From an uncultured Gammaproteobacteria bacterium (GTDB lineage: Bacteria; Patescibacteriota; Microgenomatia; UBA12405), in contig CAZIZX010000002.1 of the NCBI GenBank assembly GCA_964544275.1, positions 96,100-160,099 on the forward strand: 64,000 nt of DNA, read 5' to 3'. The notes under the pieces were generated by a model that was not told the origin of the DNA, ran no database searches, and was given only the letters and a program-made list of their open reading frames with translations. Each line of letters starts with the position of its first letter. The first letter of the stretch is position 1. Below are positions 26,396 through 36,979 of the stretch, one piece after another. The position numbers were made by a program, and so were the translations under genes.

Positions 26396-27019
26396 ATGGC
26401 TCAATTTCCAGCAGCAATCAGTAAGTTGATTGCCATGTTTGAAAGGTTGCCCGGGGTGGGGCCAAAAAGTGCAACCAGGCTAGTCTTTTATTTGCTGAAT
26501 ACACCAGAAAGTTACGTGAAAGAATTTTCGGAGGCATTAGTGGAAATCAAAAGCAGAATCAAGACGTGCAGAGAGTGTTTTTCGGTAAGTGAAGACGAAT
26601 TGTGTGATATATGTAGTAAAAAGGATCGGAAGAAAAATTTGATTTGTGTGGTGGAACGGGCAATAGACGTTATGGCTATTGAAAACACGGGAGGATTTGA
26701 GGGAGTTTATCATGTTTTGGGTGGGGTAATTAATCCGTTGGATCATGTCGGGCCGGATGATTTGAAGATTGATGAGTTAATCCAGAGAATTAAGCAAATT
26801 TATGCTGATAGCAAAAGTAAAAAGCTAGAAATTATCTTGGCGACGAATCCGACGATGGAAGGGGAAGCAACGGCACTTTATATAAATAAACAGATTGAGG
26901 CTTTGGGGGTGGAGGCTCAGGTGAGTCGGATTGGCAGTGGATTGCCAATCGGAGCGGATCTGGAATATGCTGATGCCAGTACTTTAACAAGGGCACTGGA
27001 AAGTCGCAGAGCAATTTAA
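26396..27019 (+). CDS. recR: Recombination protein RecR
   Basis: LPGVGPKSA, C4 zinc finger, YHVLGG, ATNPTMEGEATA. Confidence 0.96.
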   Translation: MAQFPAAISKLIAMFERLPGVGPKSATRLVFYLLNTPESYVKEFSEALVEIKSRIKTCRECFSVSEDELCDICSKKDRKKNLICVVERAIDVMAIENTGGFEGVYHVLGGVINPLDHVGPDDLKIDELIQRIKQIYADSKSKKLEIILATNPTMEGEATALYINKQIEALGVEAQVSRIGSGLPIGADLEYADASTLTRALESRRAI

Positions 27020-27032
27020 TATAGTTTAATAA

Positions 27033-27539
27033 ATGAAAAAGATAATCAGTGATACGGCCAGGGCTTTGGGTGAGTTAACGGTGGAGACGGGAAAAGAGGC
27101 GGTTAAACAGGCTGGGGAAATGGGCCGTACAGTAGCGACAACGATTACCGGAAGTGATCTTTTGGGAGATATGGTAAAAATGAGTGATGGGGAGATGAGT
27201 CAAAAGAAAGAACAGGATGAGGCAGTTAAAAATGAGGAGATGGAAAGATTGAGGCGGCAGATGCAAACAGGCCGAAACGTGGAAAGAGAGCTGGAAGAAT
27301 TGAGACAGGAAAGGGAGATTGAGGAAAAGAAGAAGGAAGAGGTGTTTTTGGAGAATATTAGAGTACAGCGAGAGGAAGAGGAGGAAGAGAGACAGCGGAT
27401 GTTGGCACAACAGGAAAGTTCCAATCCTTCAAAAAGGAAAAAGAAAAGAGGAAGTGCTTTTGCTAGGGGTAAGCAGGGCCAGGCATCATTGTCGGAGATG
27501 TCGGCAACGAGTGAGTTTCCAAAAAAGTCAGATCAATAG
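27033..27539 (+). CDS. Charged coiled-coil hypothetical protein
   Basis: E/K/R-rich 168-aa ORF in operon context. Confidence 0.7.
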   Translation: MKKIISDTARALGELTVETGKEAVKQAGEMGRTVATTITGSDLLGDMVKMSDGEMSQKKEQDEAVKNEEMERLRRQMQTGRNVERELEELRQEREIEEKKKEEVFLENIRVQREEEEEERQRMLAQQESSNPSKRKKKRGSAFARGKQGQASLSEMSATSEFPKKSDQ

Positions 27540-27553
27540 GGTATAATCAGGAA

Positions 27554-28939
27554 ATGAGTAAAAAAATTTATCTTTATAATACTGCTAGTAGACAGAAGGA
27601 AGAGCTGAGGCCGATAAGTGAAAACAAGATTGGAATCTATTCATGCGGACCGACCATCTATTGGAATCAACATATTGGCAATATGTATGCTTATGTTGTT
27701 TGGGATGCGTTGGTCAGGTTTTTGCGGTATGATGGTTTTGAAGTGAAGTGGGTGATGAATATGACCGATGTGGGCCATATGACTTCGGATGAAGATAGCG
27801 GTGAAGATAAAATGGAAAAAGGAGCCAGAAGAGAAGGTTTGACGCCTTTGGAGTTGGCTAAGAAGTATGAAGCTCAATTTTTAAAGAGTCTGGAATTGTT
27901 AAATATTGACAGACCTGATCATTTACCTCGGGCAACGGAACATATTGAGGAGCAAATTAAATTGGCTAAGAAGATGGAAGATCGGGGTTTTACCTATAAA
28001 ACCAAGACGGGGTTGGTATTTGATACCAGTAAATTTCCGGAATATGGCCGTTTGGCTAATTTAAAATTGGACAAAATGGAGGCGGGAGCGAGGGTGGAAG
28101 TTGATCCGGACAAAAGACGGCCGTGGGATTTTTTGTTGTGGGTAACTAATCAACCAAATCATATAATGAAATGGGATTCACCTTGGGGAGAGGGATTTCC
28201 CGGTTGGCACTTGGAGTGCACGGCCATGTCGACTAAGTATCTGGGTGAGAGATTTGATATCCACACGGGAGGAATTGAGCATATCGGAGTGCATCATACT
28301 AATGAAGTGGCTCAGGCTTATGGTGCCTTTGGGGATAAGACAGCCAATATGTGGCTACATAATGCCTGGTTGACTTTGAAAGATGCCAAGATGAGTAAAT
28401 CTGAAGGGAGGGTATACACAATAGAGCAGTTGGGGGAAATGGGATACAATCCGTTGGCTTTCCGGTATTTGGTTTTGACATCTCATTACAGAAAAGGGTT
28501 GGTGTTTTCTTTTGAGTCATTGGAGGCTGCTGGCAAAGCTTTAGATCGGTTGAGGAACTTTGTGGTTGAGTGGAGCGGAGGGGAGACGGGTAAAATTAGT
28601 TTGAAGTACAAAAACCAGTTTAAAGAGGCGGTGGCCGACGACTTAGCTCTGCCGGAAGGGATGGCTGTTTTGTGGAAAATGGTAAAAGATACTGGTTTGA
28701 GTAGTGGAGATAAACTGGCAACGTTACTTGATTTTGATCGGGTGTTAGGGTTAAATTTGAATAGGCCCGTAGATAAATTATTGGTTCCCAAGGAGGTTGC
28801 GGCATTAGTTTCCGAGAGGAATAAAGCTAGAGAGAGTAAAGATTGGCGTCGAGCAGATGAGTTAAGAAAAAAAATTACTGAGTCAGGATATGTAGTGGAA
28901 GATGTGGAAGGTGAGAGTGTGATTAGGAAAATAAAATAA
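27554..28939 (+). CDS. cysS: Cysteine--tRNA ligase
   Basis: CGPT, HIGN, PGWHLEC, HHTNE, KMSKS. Confidence 0.96.
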   Translation: MSKKIYLYNTASRQKEELRPISENKIGIYSCGPTIYWNQHIGNMYAYVVWDALVRFLRYDGFEVKWVMNMTDVGHMTSDEDSGEDKMEKGARREGLTPLELAKKYEAQFLKSLELLNIDRPDHLPRATEHIEEQIKLAKKMEDRGFTYKTKTGLVFDTSKFPEYGRLANLKLDKMEAGARVEVDPDKRRPWDFLLWVTNQPNHIMKWDSPWGEGFPGWHLECTAMSTKYLGERFDIHTGGIEHIGVHHTNEVAQAYGAFGDKTANMWLHNAWLTLKDAKMSKSEGRVYTIEQLGEMGYNPLAFRYLVLTSHYRKGLVFSFESLEAAGKALDRLRNFVVEWSGGETGKISLKYKNQFKEAVADDLALPEGMAVLWKMVKDTGLSSGDKLATLLDFDRVLGLNLNRPVDKLLVPKEVAALVSERNKARESKDWRRADELRKKITESGYVVEDVEGESVIRKIK

Positions 28940-28977
28940 TTGTAATTATAAGTATAATGTGTTAATCTAGAGCGTTT

Positions 28978-29268
28978 ATGAATGACAACAAAGATCGATA
29001 TCAGATAGTTTCAGTTTTGAACCCGAAAACTGAGGAGAAAGAAACTGTGCTAAAAAAAATATCTTCTTGGATTGAAGAGCAGGGCGCGGCGGTAACTAAC
29101 TCGATTAATTGGGGAAATAAGGAATTGGCCTATGATATTCAGAAGCTGAATAAGGGGGATTTTTGGATCATGGAGGTGGAGAGCGAAAAGCCTTTGAATG
29201 TGCGGAATTTTAATGTATTTTTAAATAGAGAACCTAGTGTTATTCGTTATATCATTTTGAAAAAGTAA
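28978..29268 (+). CDS. rpsF: 30S ribosomal protein S6
   Basis: WGNKELAYDI, VIRY; rpsF-ssb-rpsR order. Confidence 0.9.
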   Translation: MNDNKDRYQIVSVLNPKTEEKETVLKKISSWIEEQGAAVTNSINWGNKELAYDIQKLNKGDFWIMEVESEKPLNVRNFNVFLNREPSVIRYIILKK

Positions 29269-29277
29269 GGAGACAAC

Positions 29278-29829
29278 ATGCCTAGTCGATGTTTGAACCG
29301 TGTGATGTTAATTGGTAATTTAACCCGTGATCCGGAATTGAGGTACACCCCTGGAGGAATGGCGGTGACTTCTTTTGGGATGGCGACAAATCGGGTATGG
29401 GTGACTAAGCAGGGTGAAAGAAAGGAAGACGCTCAGTTTCACCGAATTGTAGCTTGGAATAAGTTAGCCGAGCTTTGCTCGCAATTATTAAGCAAGGGAC
29501 GAAGAGTGTTTGTGGAAGGCAGAATCCAATATCGGGAAATTACAGACCAGCAGGGTGTTAGAAAACAGGTATCAGAAATCGTGATTGATGATATGGTTAT
29601 TTTGGATAATAAAGGGGTTCAGTCGAATGAAATGAGAGATAGTGCTGACATGGATAGAGGAATGGAAGAATCCGGCGCTCCGGTGGATGACGATGGAAAG
29701 ATTGAAGATATTGTGATTCCAGATGAAATTATGGATGAGGCGGAGCCTGAAGTTAAAAAAGAGGACCAAGAGGTGACTACTGAACCAGCTGATGCGGACA
29801 AGCCAGCTGAAGAGGAGATGCCCTTTTAA
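29278..29829 (+). CDS. ssb: Single-stranded DNA-binding protein
   Basis: LNRVMLIGNLTRDPELRYT; acidic tail ending EEMPF. Confidence 0.96.
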   Translation: MPSRCLNRVMLIGNLTRDPELRYTPGGMAVTSFGMATNRVWVTKQGERKEDAQFHRIVAWNKLAELCSQLLSKGRRVFVEGRIQYREITDQQGVRKQVSEIVIDDMVILDNKGVQSNEMRDSADMDRGMEESGAPVDDDGKIEDIVIPDEIMDEAEPEVKKEDQEVTTEPADADKPAEEEMPF

Positions 29830-29849
29830 TTAAACAAGGAACAGAAAAT

Positions 29850-30089
29850 ATGGTAAGACCCAAGAAAGCTTTTGTAATTCAACCGAGATCAAAAGAATGC
29901 CATTTTTGTAAGACGGCAACTGAGCCGGTATGGCAGGAATATGAGGTTTTGAGGGATTACTTATCCTCACGAGGGAGAATTTTGAGTTCTCAATATACGG
30001 GCGTGTGTGTGAGGCATCAGAAGGGTTTGGCAAGAGCGATTAAGCAAGCCAGGCACTTGGCGTTGATACCTTTTACTACGCAAGAATAA
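29850..30089 (+). CDS. rpsR: 30S ribosomal protein S18
   Basis: CHFC, GRIL, TGVC..HQ, AIKQAR.LALIPF. Confidence 0.94.
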   Translation: MVRPKKAFVIQPRSKECHFCKTATEPVWQEYEVLRDYLSSRGRILSSQYTGVCVRHQKGLARAIKQARHLALIPFTTQE

Positions 30090-30114
30090 AGCGTGGTGTT
30101 AGTTTTTTAAAGAG

Positions 30115-30142
30115 ACCCTCCTTTTTATAAAGGAGGGTTTTT
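30115..30142 (+). terminator. Terminator after rpsR
   Basis: ACCCTCCTTT/AAAGGAGGGT plus T run. Confidence 0.8.
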
Positions 30143-30158
30143 GTTTATAATAAGGAAG

Positions 30159-30911
30159 ATGAGACAAAAAAAGATTAAAGCCAGGTGGGTAATCAAATTA
30201 CCAAGTGGGGCAAAGATGGCGGTTAAGGCAGGGGTGAAGGTGGCAGAAGGTGAAGTTTTGGCCAGCGTAGTCCAGGGTTTGGTGGAGACAGTTGATATGT
30301 CGCTGATACTTCATGAAATAAAGGCGGAAGAAGCAGATATTTTTCGCCAAACTTGGATTGATAAGGAGGTGGCTGAGGGTGAGGTGTTGTTGAAAAAGGG
30401 AGGTCTTTTTCCGAGAGTAATAACTTCTCCTAAAAGTGGGGTGGTAAGGAAAATTGATGAGTTTTTTAATTTTGAGTATTGGCAGAAGGTTAATCTGTCA
30501 AGAGAGATAAAAAGTCCGGTGGCGGCTAAGGTGGCGGAATTGGATAAAGGAAGGTTGGTTTTGGAGTTTAGTGCTTTTGAGTTTAAAGGGGTTGGTTTGA
30601 CTTTGGGAAAGGTTTGGAGCAATGGAACTATTCCTTTGGTTGAGAAAATTAGTGATTTGAACCATCAGATGAAAGGGCAGATTGTGGCTTTGAGAAATTT
30701 TAGTAGTGTGATGCTGATGAAGGCGGAGGTAATTGGGATAGGGGGGATTTTGGTAATTGGGGAGGAGGTATCTGACTTGAAGTCAGAGATTCCGACTATG
30801 GTGATTGAAGAAGAGGAGTGGGATAAATTGGATGCGGCGACAGAAAGAGGTGGGGGGGCGAGGTTTTTGTTAAATTCGAAATCGGGGAGATTGTTGGCCG
30901 TGGTAGAATGA
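30159..30911 (+). CDS. Hypothetical protein with biotinyl/lipoyl-barrel-like repeats
   Basis: VKAG.KV.EGEVLA and V.EGEVL...SP..G.V patterns. Confidence 0.6.
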   Translation: MRQKKIKARWVIKLPSGAKMAVKAGVKVAEGEVLASVVQGLVETVDMSLILHEIKAEEADIFRQTWIDKEVAEGEVLLKKGGLFPRVITSPKSGVVRKIDEFFNFEYWQKVNLSREIKSPVAAKVAELDKGRLVLEFSAFEFKGVGLTLGKVWSNGTIPLVEKISDLNHQMKGQIVALRNFSSVMLMKAEVIGIGGILVIGEEVSDLKSEIPTMVIEEEEWDKLDAATERGGGARFLLNSKSGRLLAVVE

Positions 30912-32107
30912 AAAGATCAATGAAAAAAATTAGAAATGTAGTACTGGTGGTGGCCTTGGTAATATTGACTTCAGTGGTGAGTTTTCGCTTGGGTCAATCC
31001 AATAGTAGACAGACTGCTGGTGGAGAACTGGACTTGTCGATGATGTGGACGGTTAAATCTCGATTGGAGAAGGTCTTTTTGGATAAGGATACGATGGACG
31101 AAAAAGGAATGACTTACGGTGCGATTTCAGGAATGGTGTCGGCGTTGGGTGATCCTTATACGGTATACTTACCGCCAAAGGATAATAAGAGCTCGAACGA
31201 AGATTTGGCCGGTGAGTTTGGAGGAGTGGGTATCTCTTTGGGTTATAAGGATAAAACATTGGCGGTAATGACTCCGTTGCCCAAAACTCCGGCAGAAGTG
31301 GCGGGCATAAAAGCAGGTGATTTGATTGTAAGGATTAAAGACAGTGGAAAGAACATTGATAGAGATACTGTGGGTATCGCTTTAGATGAGGCAGTTGAGA
31401 TTATACGGGGAAAAGTAGGTACTGAAGTTATTTTGACTTTATTGCGAGAGGGAAAAGATGGTTCGTTTGAGGTGGTGCTGAAAAGAGATAATATTGTTGT
31501 ACCAAGTGTAGAAATGGAGTGGAAAGAGAAAGATGGTAAGAAATTTGCTTGGTTAAAGGTCTACAAATTTACTGAAAGGTTGAGTGTGGAATGGAATGAA
31601 GCGGTAGAGAAGATTGTTAAAGAGAAGGGCACTGATTATGGTGGGGTGGTACTGGATTTGAGGAATAATCCTGGAGGATACTTGCAATCGAGTGTGATGG
31701 TGGCATCGGATTTTCTATCTGAAGGTGTGGTAGTGAAGCAGGAATCGGGTGACGGAAAAGTTGAAATCTATAATGTGGAAAAAAGAAAACAAAGATTATT
31801 GAATGACAAAATGGTAATTTTGATGAACGGTGGTTCGGCGTCAGCATCGGAAATTCTGGCTGGGGCGCTGAGTGAACATGGCCGGGGTAAAATGGTGGGT
31901 GAGACGACTTTTGGTAAAGGGACTGTCCAGCAACCGGAAAATTTTGATGATGGGTCAGGTCTTCATGTGACGGTGGCGAAATGGCTATTGCCAAGCGGGA
32001 AAAATATTCACAAGGAGGGCGTGAGTCCGGATGTTGAAATAAGTGATGATAGTGAAACGGAAGAAGATGAGCAACTGGAGAGAGCGATGCAAGTCCTACT
32101 TGAGTAG
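30908..32107 (+). CDS. ctpA: C-terminal processing protease (S41) with PDZ
   Basis: DPYT, LDLRNNPGG, SASASE, TFGKGTVQ. Confidence 0.92.
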   Translation: MKRSMKKIRNVVLVVALVILTSVVSFRLGQSNSRQTAGGELDLSMMWTVKSRLEKVFLDKDTMDEKGMTYGAISGMVSALGDPYTVYLPPKDNKSSNEDLAGEFGGVGISLGYKDKTLAVMTPLPKTPAEVAGIKAGDLIVRIKDSGKNIDRDTVGIALDEAVEIIRGKVGTEVILTLLREGKDGSFEVVLKRDNIVVPSVEMEWKEKDGKKFAWLKVYKFTERLSVEWNEAVEKIVKEKGTDYGGVVLDLRNNPGGYLQSSVMVASDFLSEGVVVKQESGDGKVEIYNVEKRKQRLLNDKMVILMNGGSASASEILAGALSEHGRGKMVGETTFGKGTVQQPENFDDGSGLHVTVAKWLLPSGKNIHKEGVSPDVEISDDSETEEDEQLERAMQVLLE

Positions 32108-32140
32108 ATTAAAAAAATATTTTATTATATTATTTTGAAT

Positions 32141-33316
32141 ATGGAAGGAAAAACGATAAGAGGCTTTTTGTTGGGTTTGTTATTGGGTGGTGTTTTGGTG
32201 ACTGGAGTGGTGGGTGGGGCTGCGGCTGACAGGGTTTTTGGATTTAGTTTTTTGGATAAGTTAATTAACAGGAGTAGTCAGGGTGGTCCGGCATTGATAA
32301 CCGACAGGGAGGTAGTAAATGAAGAATCGGTAGTGACATCAGTGGTGGAAAGTGCGACGCCAAGTGTGGTGACGGTGTCAATTAGTAAAACTCAAGTTTA
32401 TAGCGCTGATCCATTTGATTTTTTTGGAAGTTTTTTTGGAATTCCCCGAGGCGAGACGCGTCAGGAGAATATCGAACAGGATATCGGGACGGGATTTGTT
32501 ATATCGGCCAGCGGGTTGATTGTAACGAATAAACATGTGGTATCAGACACCAATGCTAAGTATCGGGTGGTGGCTGGCAAAGATGAGGTGATTGAAGTAG
32601 AAAAGATATATCGTGATCCGACGAATGATTTGGCAATTTTGAAAGTCAACAAAACCGGATTGATCCCGGTGGAAATGGGGGATTCGGATGAACTAAAGGT
32701 GGGTCAAACAGTGATAGCTATCGGGACGGCTTTGGGTGAGTTTAGATCGACAGTAACAACCGGAGTAATATCGGGATTGGGAAGGGGTATTGTGGCGGGT
32801 TCTCCGCTGTCTGGATCCGAGAAACTTGATAATGTTATCCAGACCGATGCGGCAATTAATCCAGGAAATTCGGGAGGGCCTTTGTTCAATAGTCAGGGAC
32901 AGGTGATCGGAGTAAATGTAGCAGTGTCTCAATCAGGGCAAAATATTGGATTTGCTCTGCCGATAAATTTGGTAAAAGATTCAATAACTAATTTTGAAAC
33001 AACCGGGGCGTTTGATAGACCGTATATGGGCGTTTCCTATAGAACGATATCCAAACAGGCGGCTTTGTTAAACGAAGTCCCTGCAGGGGCTTTTGTGCAG
33101 GAAGTTATTGAGGGTAGTCCGGCAGCAAAGTCAGGGATAAAGGAGGGGGATATTATAGTTGAGATGGATGGGAAAAAACTTGGCGAGAATGAAGATTCGT
33201 TAACTGAAATTATTAACAAGAAGAAAATAGGTGATTTGGTGAAGGTGAAATACTGGAGGAATGGAGAAGACACAACTGTAGATGTCAGACTGGAACAGCG
33301 GGATATGAGTAATTAG
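32141..33316 (+). CDS. htrA: HtrA/DegP serine protease with one PDZ
   Basis: [27 protein letters not shown]. Confidence 0.93.
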   Translation: MEGKTIRGFLLGLLLGGVLVTGVVGGAAADRVFGFSFLDKLINRSSQGGPALITDREVVNEESVVTSVVESATPSVVTVSISKTQVYSADPFDFFGSFFGIPRGETRQENIEQDIGTGFVISASGLIVTNKHVVSDTNAKYRVVAGKDEVIEVEKIYRDPTNDLAILKVNKTGLIPVEMGDSDELKVGQTVIAIGTALGEFRSTVTTGVISGLGRGIVAGSPLSGSEKLDNVIQTDAAINPGNSGGPLFNSQGQVIGVNVAVSQSGQNIGFALPINLVKDSITNFETTGAFDRPYMGVSYRTISKQAALLNEVPAGAFVQEVIEGSPAAKSGIKEGDIIVEMDGKKLGENEDSLTEIINKKKIGDLVKVKYWRNGEDTTVDVRLEQRDMSN

Positions 33317-34035
33317 AGGGTTGTTGTTTGGTTGCTGTCCAGAACGGAGAGTTCCAATAAAAGATCTTCGAGGTCGCCTTGCATAGTTTTATCTAGATTA
33401 AATGTTTTGTCTATCCTGTGGTCTTTTATTTGATTTCTGGGAAAATTATATGTTCGGATTTTGTCGGCCCTATTTCCCTGGCCAATAGAGGCCCTGGTGC
33501 CGGTAATTTGAGAGGTTCTTTTTTCTTCTTCAATTTGCCAGAGTTTGGCTCGGAGTAGGTCCATGGCGATTTCACGGTTTTGTTGTTGAGACCGTTCCTG
33601 ACGGACGGAGAAAGTTAGCCCAGTGGGTTTGTGAACAATTCTGACAGCAGTTGACACCTTGTTGACATTCTGGCCGCCTTTGCCCCCAGCCCTTGATGCA
33701 GTCATGTCGACATCATCGGGGTTGAGGATGACATCTTTGGCTTCAATCTGAGGATAAACAACCACTGAGGCAGTAGAAGTTTGGATACGGCCCCTTTTTT
33801 CAGTAAGGGGGATTCTTTGGACACGATGGGTGCCGGTCTCGAACCTCAATTGGTTATAAGCATCGAAACCCGAAATTTTTATAATGTTGTCGTCAATCTG
33901 GGAAACCTTCCAACCAACTTTATTGGCATAGCGAATGTACATGTTTTGCAGGTCCTGGGCCCAAATAGCCGCTTCTTGGCCTCCAGGACCCAAATAGAAC
34001 TCCAAGATGGCTACATGGGAATCTATGATGGGCAT
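33313..34035 (-). CDS. prfA: Peptide chain release factor 1-like protein lacking N-terminal domain 1
   Basis: [14 protein letters not shown] (PxT), [17 protein letters not shown]; directly after rpmE. Confidence 0.85.
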   Translation of the reverse strand: MPIIDSHVAILEFYLGPGGQEAAIWAQDLQNMYIRYANKVGWKVSQIDDNIIKISGFDAYNQLRFETGTHRVQRIPLTEKRGRIQTSTASVVVYPQIEAKDVILNPDDVDMTASRAGGKGGQNVNKVSTAVRIVHKPTGLTFSVRQERSQQQNREIAMDLLRAKLWQIEEEKRTSQITGTRASIGQGNRADKIRTYNFPRNQIKDHRIDKTFNLDKTMQGDLEDLLLELSVLDSNQTTTL

Positions 34036-34049
34036 AAGAAGTTTGAGGT

Positions 34050-34286
34050 TTAAGCTTTTTTGGCTTGTTTTTTGGCAAATTCTTGACCTTGGGTAACTTT
34101 GCGCTTGAATTTATCAATACGACCGCGGGTGTCAACAAATTTTTGTTGGCCGGTAAAGAAAGGATGACATTTGGAGCAGACTTCAACTTCGATTTTTTCG
34201 ACAGTTGAGCCGGTAGTGAAGTTGTTGCCGCAGGTGCAAGTAACCTGACATTGTGAATAAAATTTTGGGTGTATACCTTGTTTCAT
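34050..34286 (-). CDS. rpmE: 50S ribosomal protein L31 (Zn-binding form)
   Basis: [27 protein letters not shown]. Confidence 0.96.
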   Translation of the reverse strand: MKQGIHPKFYSQCQVTCTCGNNFTTGSTVEKIEVEVCSKCHPFFTGQQKFVDTRGRIDKFKRKVTQGQEFAKKQAKKA

Positions 34287-34305
34287 AGCTTCTTATTATA
34301 CCAGA

Positions 34306-35571
34306 TTATTGGCGATTTAAAATTTTTATTAGTTGTTCTCGAGAAACTTTGCTTTGTTTGTTTTGGGCTAAATCTTTGATAACAACTTTATTTTCCTTGA
34401 TTTCATCGGGTCCAATGATACAAAGGTAGGGTATGGCCAAATCAAGAGCGTATTTGATTTGTTTACCCAACTTGTCGGCCTTGGGGTAAAAAACGACACT
34501 TAAATTATTTTGGCGCAAGAAATTGGCTAATTTGAGGCTATCTGTTTCAGTTTCTGGGTCGAAATTGGCAACGAGAATATTAATTTTGGTTTTGGGTAAG
34601 TTAGGTAGTAAGTTTAGCTCGATGATGCAGTCAACAATGCGGTCCAGACCGATAGTAGTACCAACGGCAGGAATATCCGGACCACCCAGATCTTTGACTA
34701 AACTATCATAACGGCCGCCTCCAGTAATTGATCCGATTCTTGGTTCTTCGACATAAGTTTCGAATATTGGTCCAGTATAATAATCCAAGCCTCGAACCAT
34801 GGTCGGGTCAAAAGTATAGGCCGTGTCCGGTACGTCAAAGTTTTTGATTTTGGAAAACATTTCCTGAAGGTATTCGTCAGGTTGAGCTGATTTGATATAT
34901 TCAAAAAGACGGTTGATTGAGCCTGGTTGGAGGCCTTTACCGACGAGTTCATTTTTTACTCCTTCTTGACCTATTTTCTGGAATTTATCGAGACTTTGTA
35001 GTACAGAATTTTGTTGTTCTTTGATGCCGGATTTTTCGATAATTTGCTTTAGGACCTGGCGGCTGTTGATTCGGATAGAATATTTTTTGAAATTGAGTTT
35101 TTCTAAAACTGTATAGATAACGGCTATTGTTTCGGCGTCGGAAAGGGGAGAAGAAGACCCGAAAGTATCTATATCACATTGAAGCACTTCACGATAGCGG
35201 CCTTTCTGGGGTTTTTCCGAGCGCCAAACAGGTTGGATTTGGTAACGCTTAAAAGGGAGTGGCAGTTTGTTGGAGTAAAGACTGAGGACTCTGGAAACTG
35301 GTACGGTCAAGTCGTAGCGAAGACCTATTTGGCGCTGACCTTGGTCCTGAAAGGTATAAACGAGCTTGTCGGCTTCAGGGCCATATTTGCCCAGAAGAGT
35401 GGCGGAATATTCAAGTGAAGGTGTCTCCAGGGGGAGAAAGCCGAAACTTTCAAAAACTTCAATAAGTAAGTTTTTGACGTAATTTCTGACAATCATTGTT
35501 TCGGGAAGAAAGTCACGAAAGCCTTTTAGTGTTTGTGATTTGTTTTTGGCGGGTGGATTTACTCGATTCAT
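34306..35571 (-). CDS. hisS: Histidine--tRNA ligase
   Basis: KGFRDF, LRYDLTVP, PQKGRYRE, RGLDYYTG, GGGRYD. Confidence 0.96.
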   Translation of the reverse strand: MNRVNPPAKNKSQTLKGFRDFLPETMIVRNYVKNLLIEVFESFGFLPLETPSLEYSATLLGKYGPEADKLVYTFQDQGQRQIGLRYDLTVPVSRVLSLYSNKLPLPFKRYQIQPVWRSEKPQKGRYREVLQCDIDTFGSSSPLSDAETIAVIYTVLEKLNFKKYSIRINSRQVLKQIIEKSGIKEQQNSVLQSLDKFQKIGQEGVKNELVGKGLQPGSINRLFEYIKSAQPDEYLQEMFSKIKNFDVPDTAYTFDPTMVRGLDYYTGPIFETYVEEPRIGSITGGGRYDSLVKDLGGPDIPAVGTTIGLDRIVDCIIELNLLPNLPKTKINILVANFDPETETDSLKLANFLRQNNLSVVFYPKADKLGKQIKYALDLAIPYLCIIGPDEIKENKVVIKDLAQNKQSKVSREQLIKILNRQ

Positions 35572-35592
35572 AGTTTGATTGTAGCATTAAGT

Positions 35593-35613
35593 AAAAAGCC
35601 CCGAAGGGGCTTT
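35593..35613 (-). terminator. Terminator after tRNA-His
   Basis: AAAGCCCC-GAA-GGGGCTTT with a U tract on the minus strand. Confidence 0.75.
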
Positions 35614-35614
35614 G

Positions 35615-35689
35615 GGTGGTACACCGGACTTGAACCGGCAACCTTCTGCTCCACAGGCAGATGCTCTAACCAATTGAGCTAGTACCACC
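35615..35689 (-). tRNA. tRNA-His(GTG)
   Basis: Cloverleaf; TCTGC-CT GTG GA-GCAGA; encoded G-1 and C73. Confidence 0.95.
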
Positions 35690-35748
35690 ATAAATTAGGG
35701 ACATGGATAGTATAGGCGAAAAAGAGGCAAAATTAAAGTATTTGAGAA

Positions 35749-36447
35749 TTATTGTTCAGGTACCGGAGTTGGGGTGGGTATACTTTGTTGAAATATTTTG
35801 ACTGCGTAAAATGTTTTGGCCATAGTCGGGTGGGGCTTAATGATACAAATTATTTTTTGTCCCGTTACTATGGTAGTATCAGTCGGTTTTTTGTTATTTT
35901 TGTCGAGGATTATAGTTTTGGTGTCGGTAGTTATCTGGTATTGCTGGTCTTTGTTTTGGGTGGGTATGAGGACAAAAACGGGAGAGGAGACGGAGGCATC
36001 GACGACAGCGCCGATTAAAACTTGTTCCTGACTTTGAATTGTTTTTATGTCCATAAAAATAAGTCTTTTGGTTTCTAGGACGTTGGGTTCGGTAAGATAA
36101 CCCATAGCCAGTACATCCTGACCAACCTGTATCTTGTCAAACTGAGTTTTGTTTCTTTTGGAATCAATATAAGTTGTATCGTCGTTGACGATAAGGGTCA
36201 GGTTTTGGGAATTGTGGGTTATTAATATTTGATTTTGGTTTATTTGCGATACTGTGCCGATATGACCCTTTTTGGTTGATTCGGGATCGGTAATGTCTTT
36301 AATTTTTTCCAGGACTTTATCCTGAACCACCTGTCTTATTTTTTGGATTTCATCCAGATTGACTGGGTTGGGGGTGGGTGTATTGGCGTAGACAAATTGG
36401 GTGGTAAAAACAAGGGAAAGAATAAGGCTAATGATGGTAATTATCAT
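35749..36447 (-). CDS. Secreted protein with two OB-fold (DUF5666-like) repeats
   Basis: Signal peptide; GTVSQI...DTT....IQVGQDV.A.G repeated. Confidence 0.65.
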   Translation of the reverse strand: MIITIISLILSLVFTTQFVYANTPTPNPVNLDEIQKIRQVVQDKVLEKIKDITDPESTKKGHIGTVSQINQNQILITHNSQNLTLIVNDDTTYIDSKRNKTQFDKIQVGQDVLAMGYLTEPNVLETKRLIFMDIKTIQSQEQVLIGAVVDASVSSPVFVLIPTQNKDQQYQITTDTKTIILDKNNKKPTDTTIVTGQKIICIIKPHPTMAKTFYAVKIFQQSIPTPTPVPEQ

Positions 36448-36450
36448 AGA

Positions 36451-36915
36451 CTAGAATTGAGCAGTTGAATATGTAACCATTAGTTGAGTGTCTGATTGAT
36501 TATCGTCTGGATCGATAGCGTTTATTTTGATGAGGTTGACTCCGGATTCTATATTGACTTGGAGTTCAAATTTGCCGGATTTATCGGCAGTAGTGTTGAA
36601 ATCACCTAAGGGGGTGAGGATAATTAGAAAACTATCAGGTGCGGTTGTACCGGATATTTTCAGTTTGGAGGTATCAACGACAGCATTGTCGGCTGGAGTG
36701 TCGATGGTAATGTTTGAGCTGGTGGACGAGGGACCAGTATCGGATATGGTTGATATGTCAGAACCGGAAGTTTCGGTTTCTTGGTTGGTAGCAGTTGGCG
36801 TGGGGGTGGGTTGATTCCTGGAGGAATTTTGGTTTTTGAGGGAGAAGTAGCCACCAGTAATTCCGAAGCCGAGGAGGGCACCAAGGGCGATAGCAAGGAA
36901 GAGTTCTTTTATCAT
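36451..36915 (-). CDS. Membrane-anchored Ig-like domain protein
   Basis: N-terminal TM, S/T/P linker, ITIDTP...ISGTT...ADKSGKF...GVNLI. Confidence 0.7.
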   Translation of the reverse strand: MIKELFLAIALGALLGFGITGGYFSLKNQNSSRNQPTPTPTATNQETETSGSDISTISDTGPSSTSSNITIDTPADNAVVDTSKLKISGTTAPDSFLIILTPLGDFNTTADKSGKFELQVNIESGVNLIKINAIDPDDNQSDTQLMVTYSTAQF

Positions 36916-36979
36916 AAGAGTTTTATGTTTTTATAAATGATAACACATGATCATTTGGAGTGGTGATAGAATTACATAT

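Noticed and set aside
33920-34186. prfB-type programmed frameshift supplying the missing RF N-terminus
   Set aside because: The upstream sequence is rpmE, there is no CTT-TGA site, and the PxT motif indicates RF1
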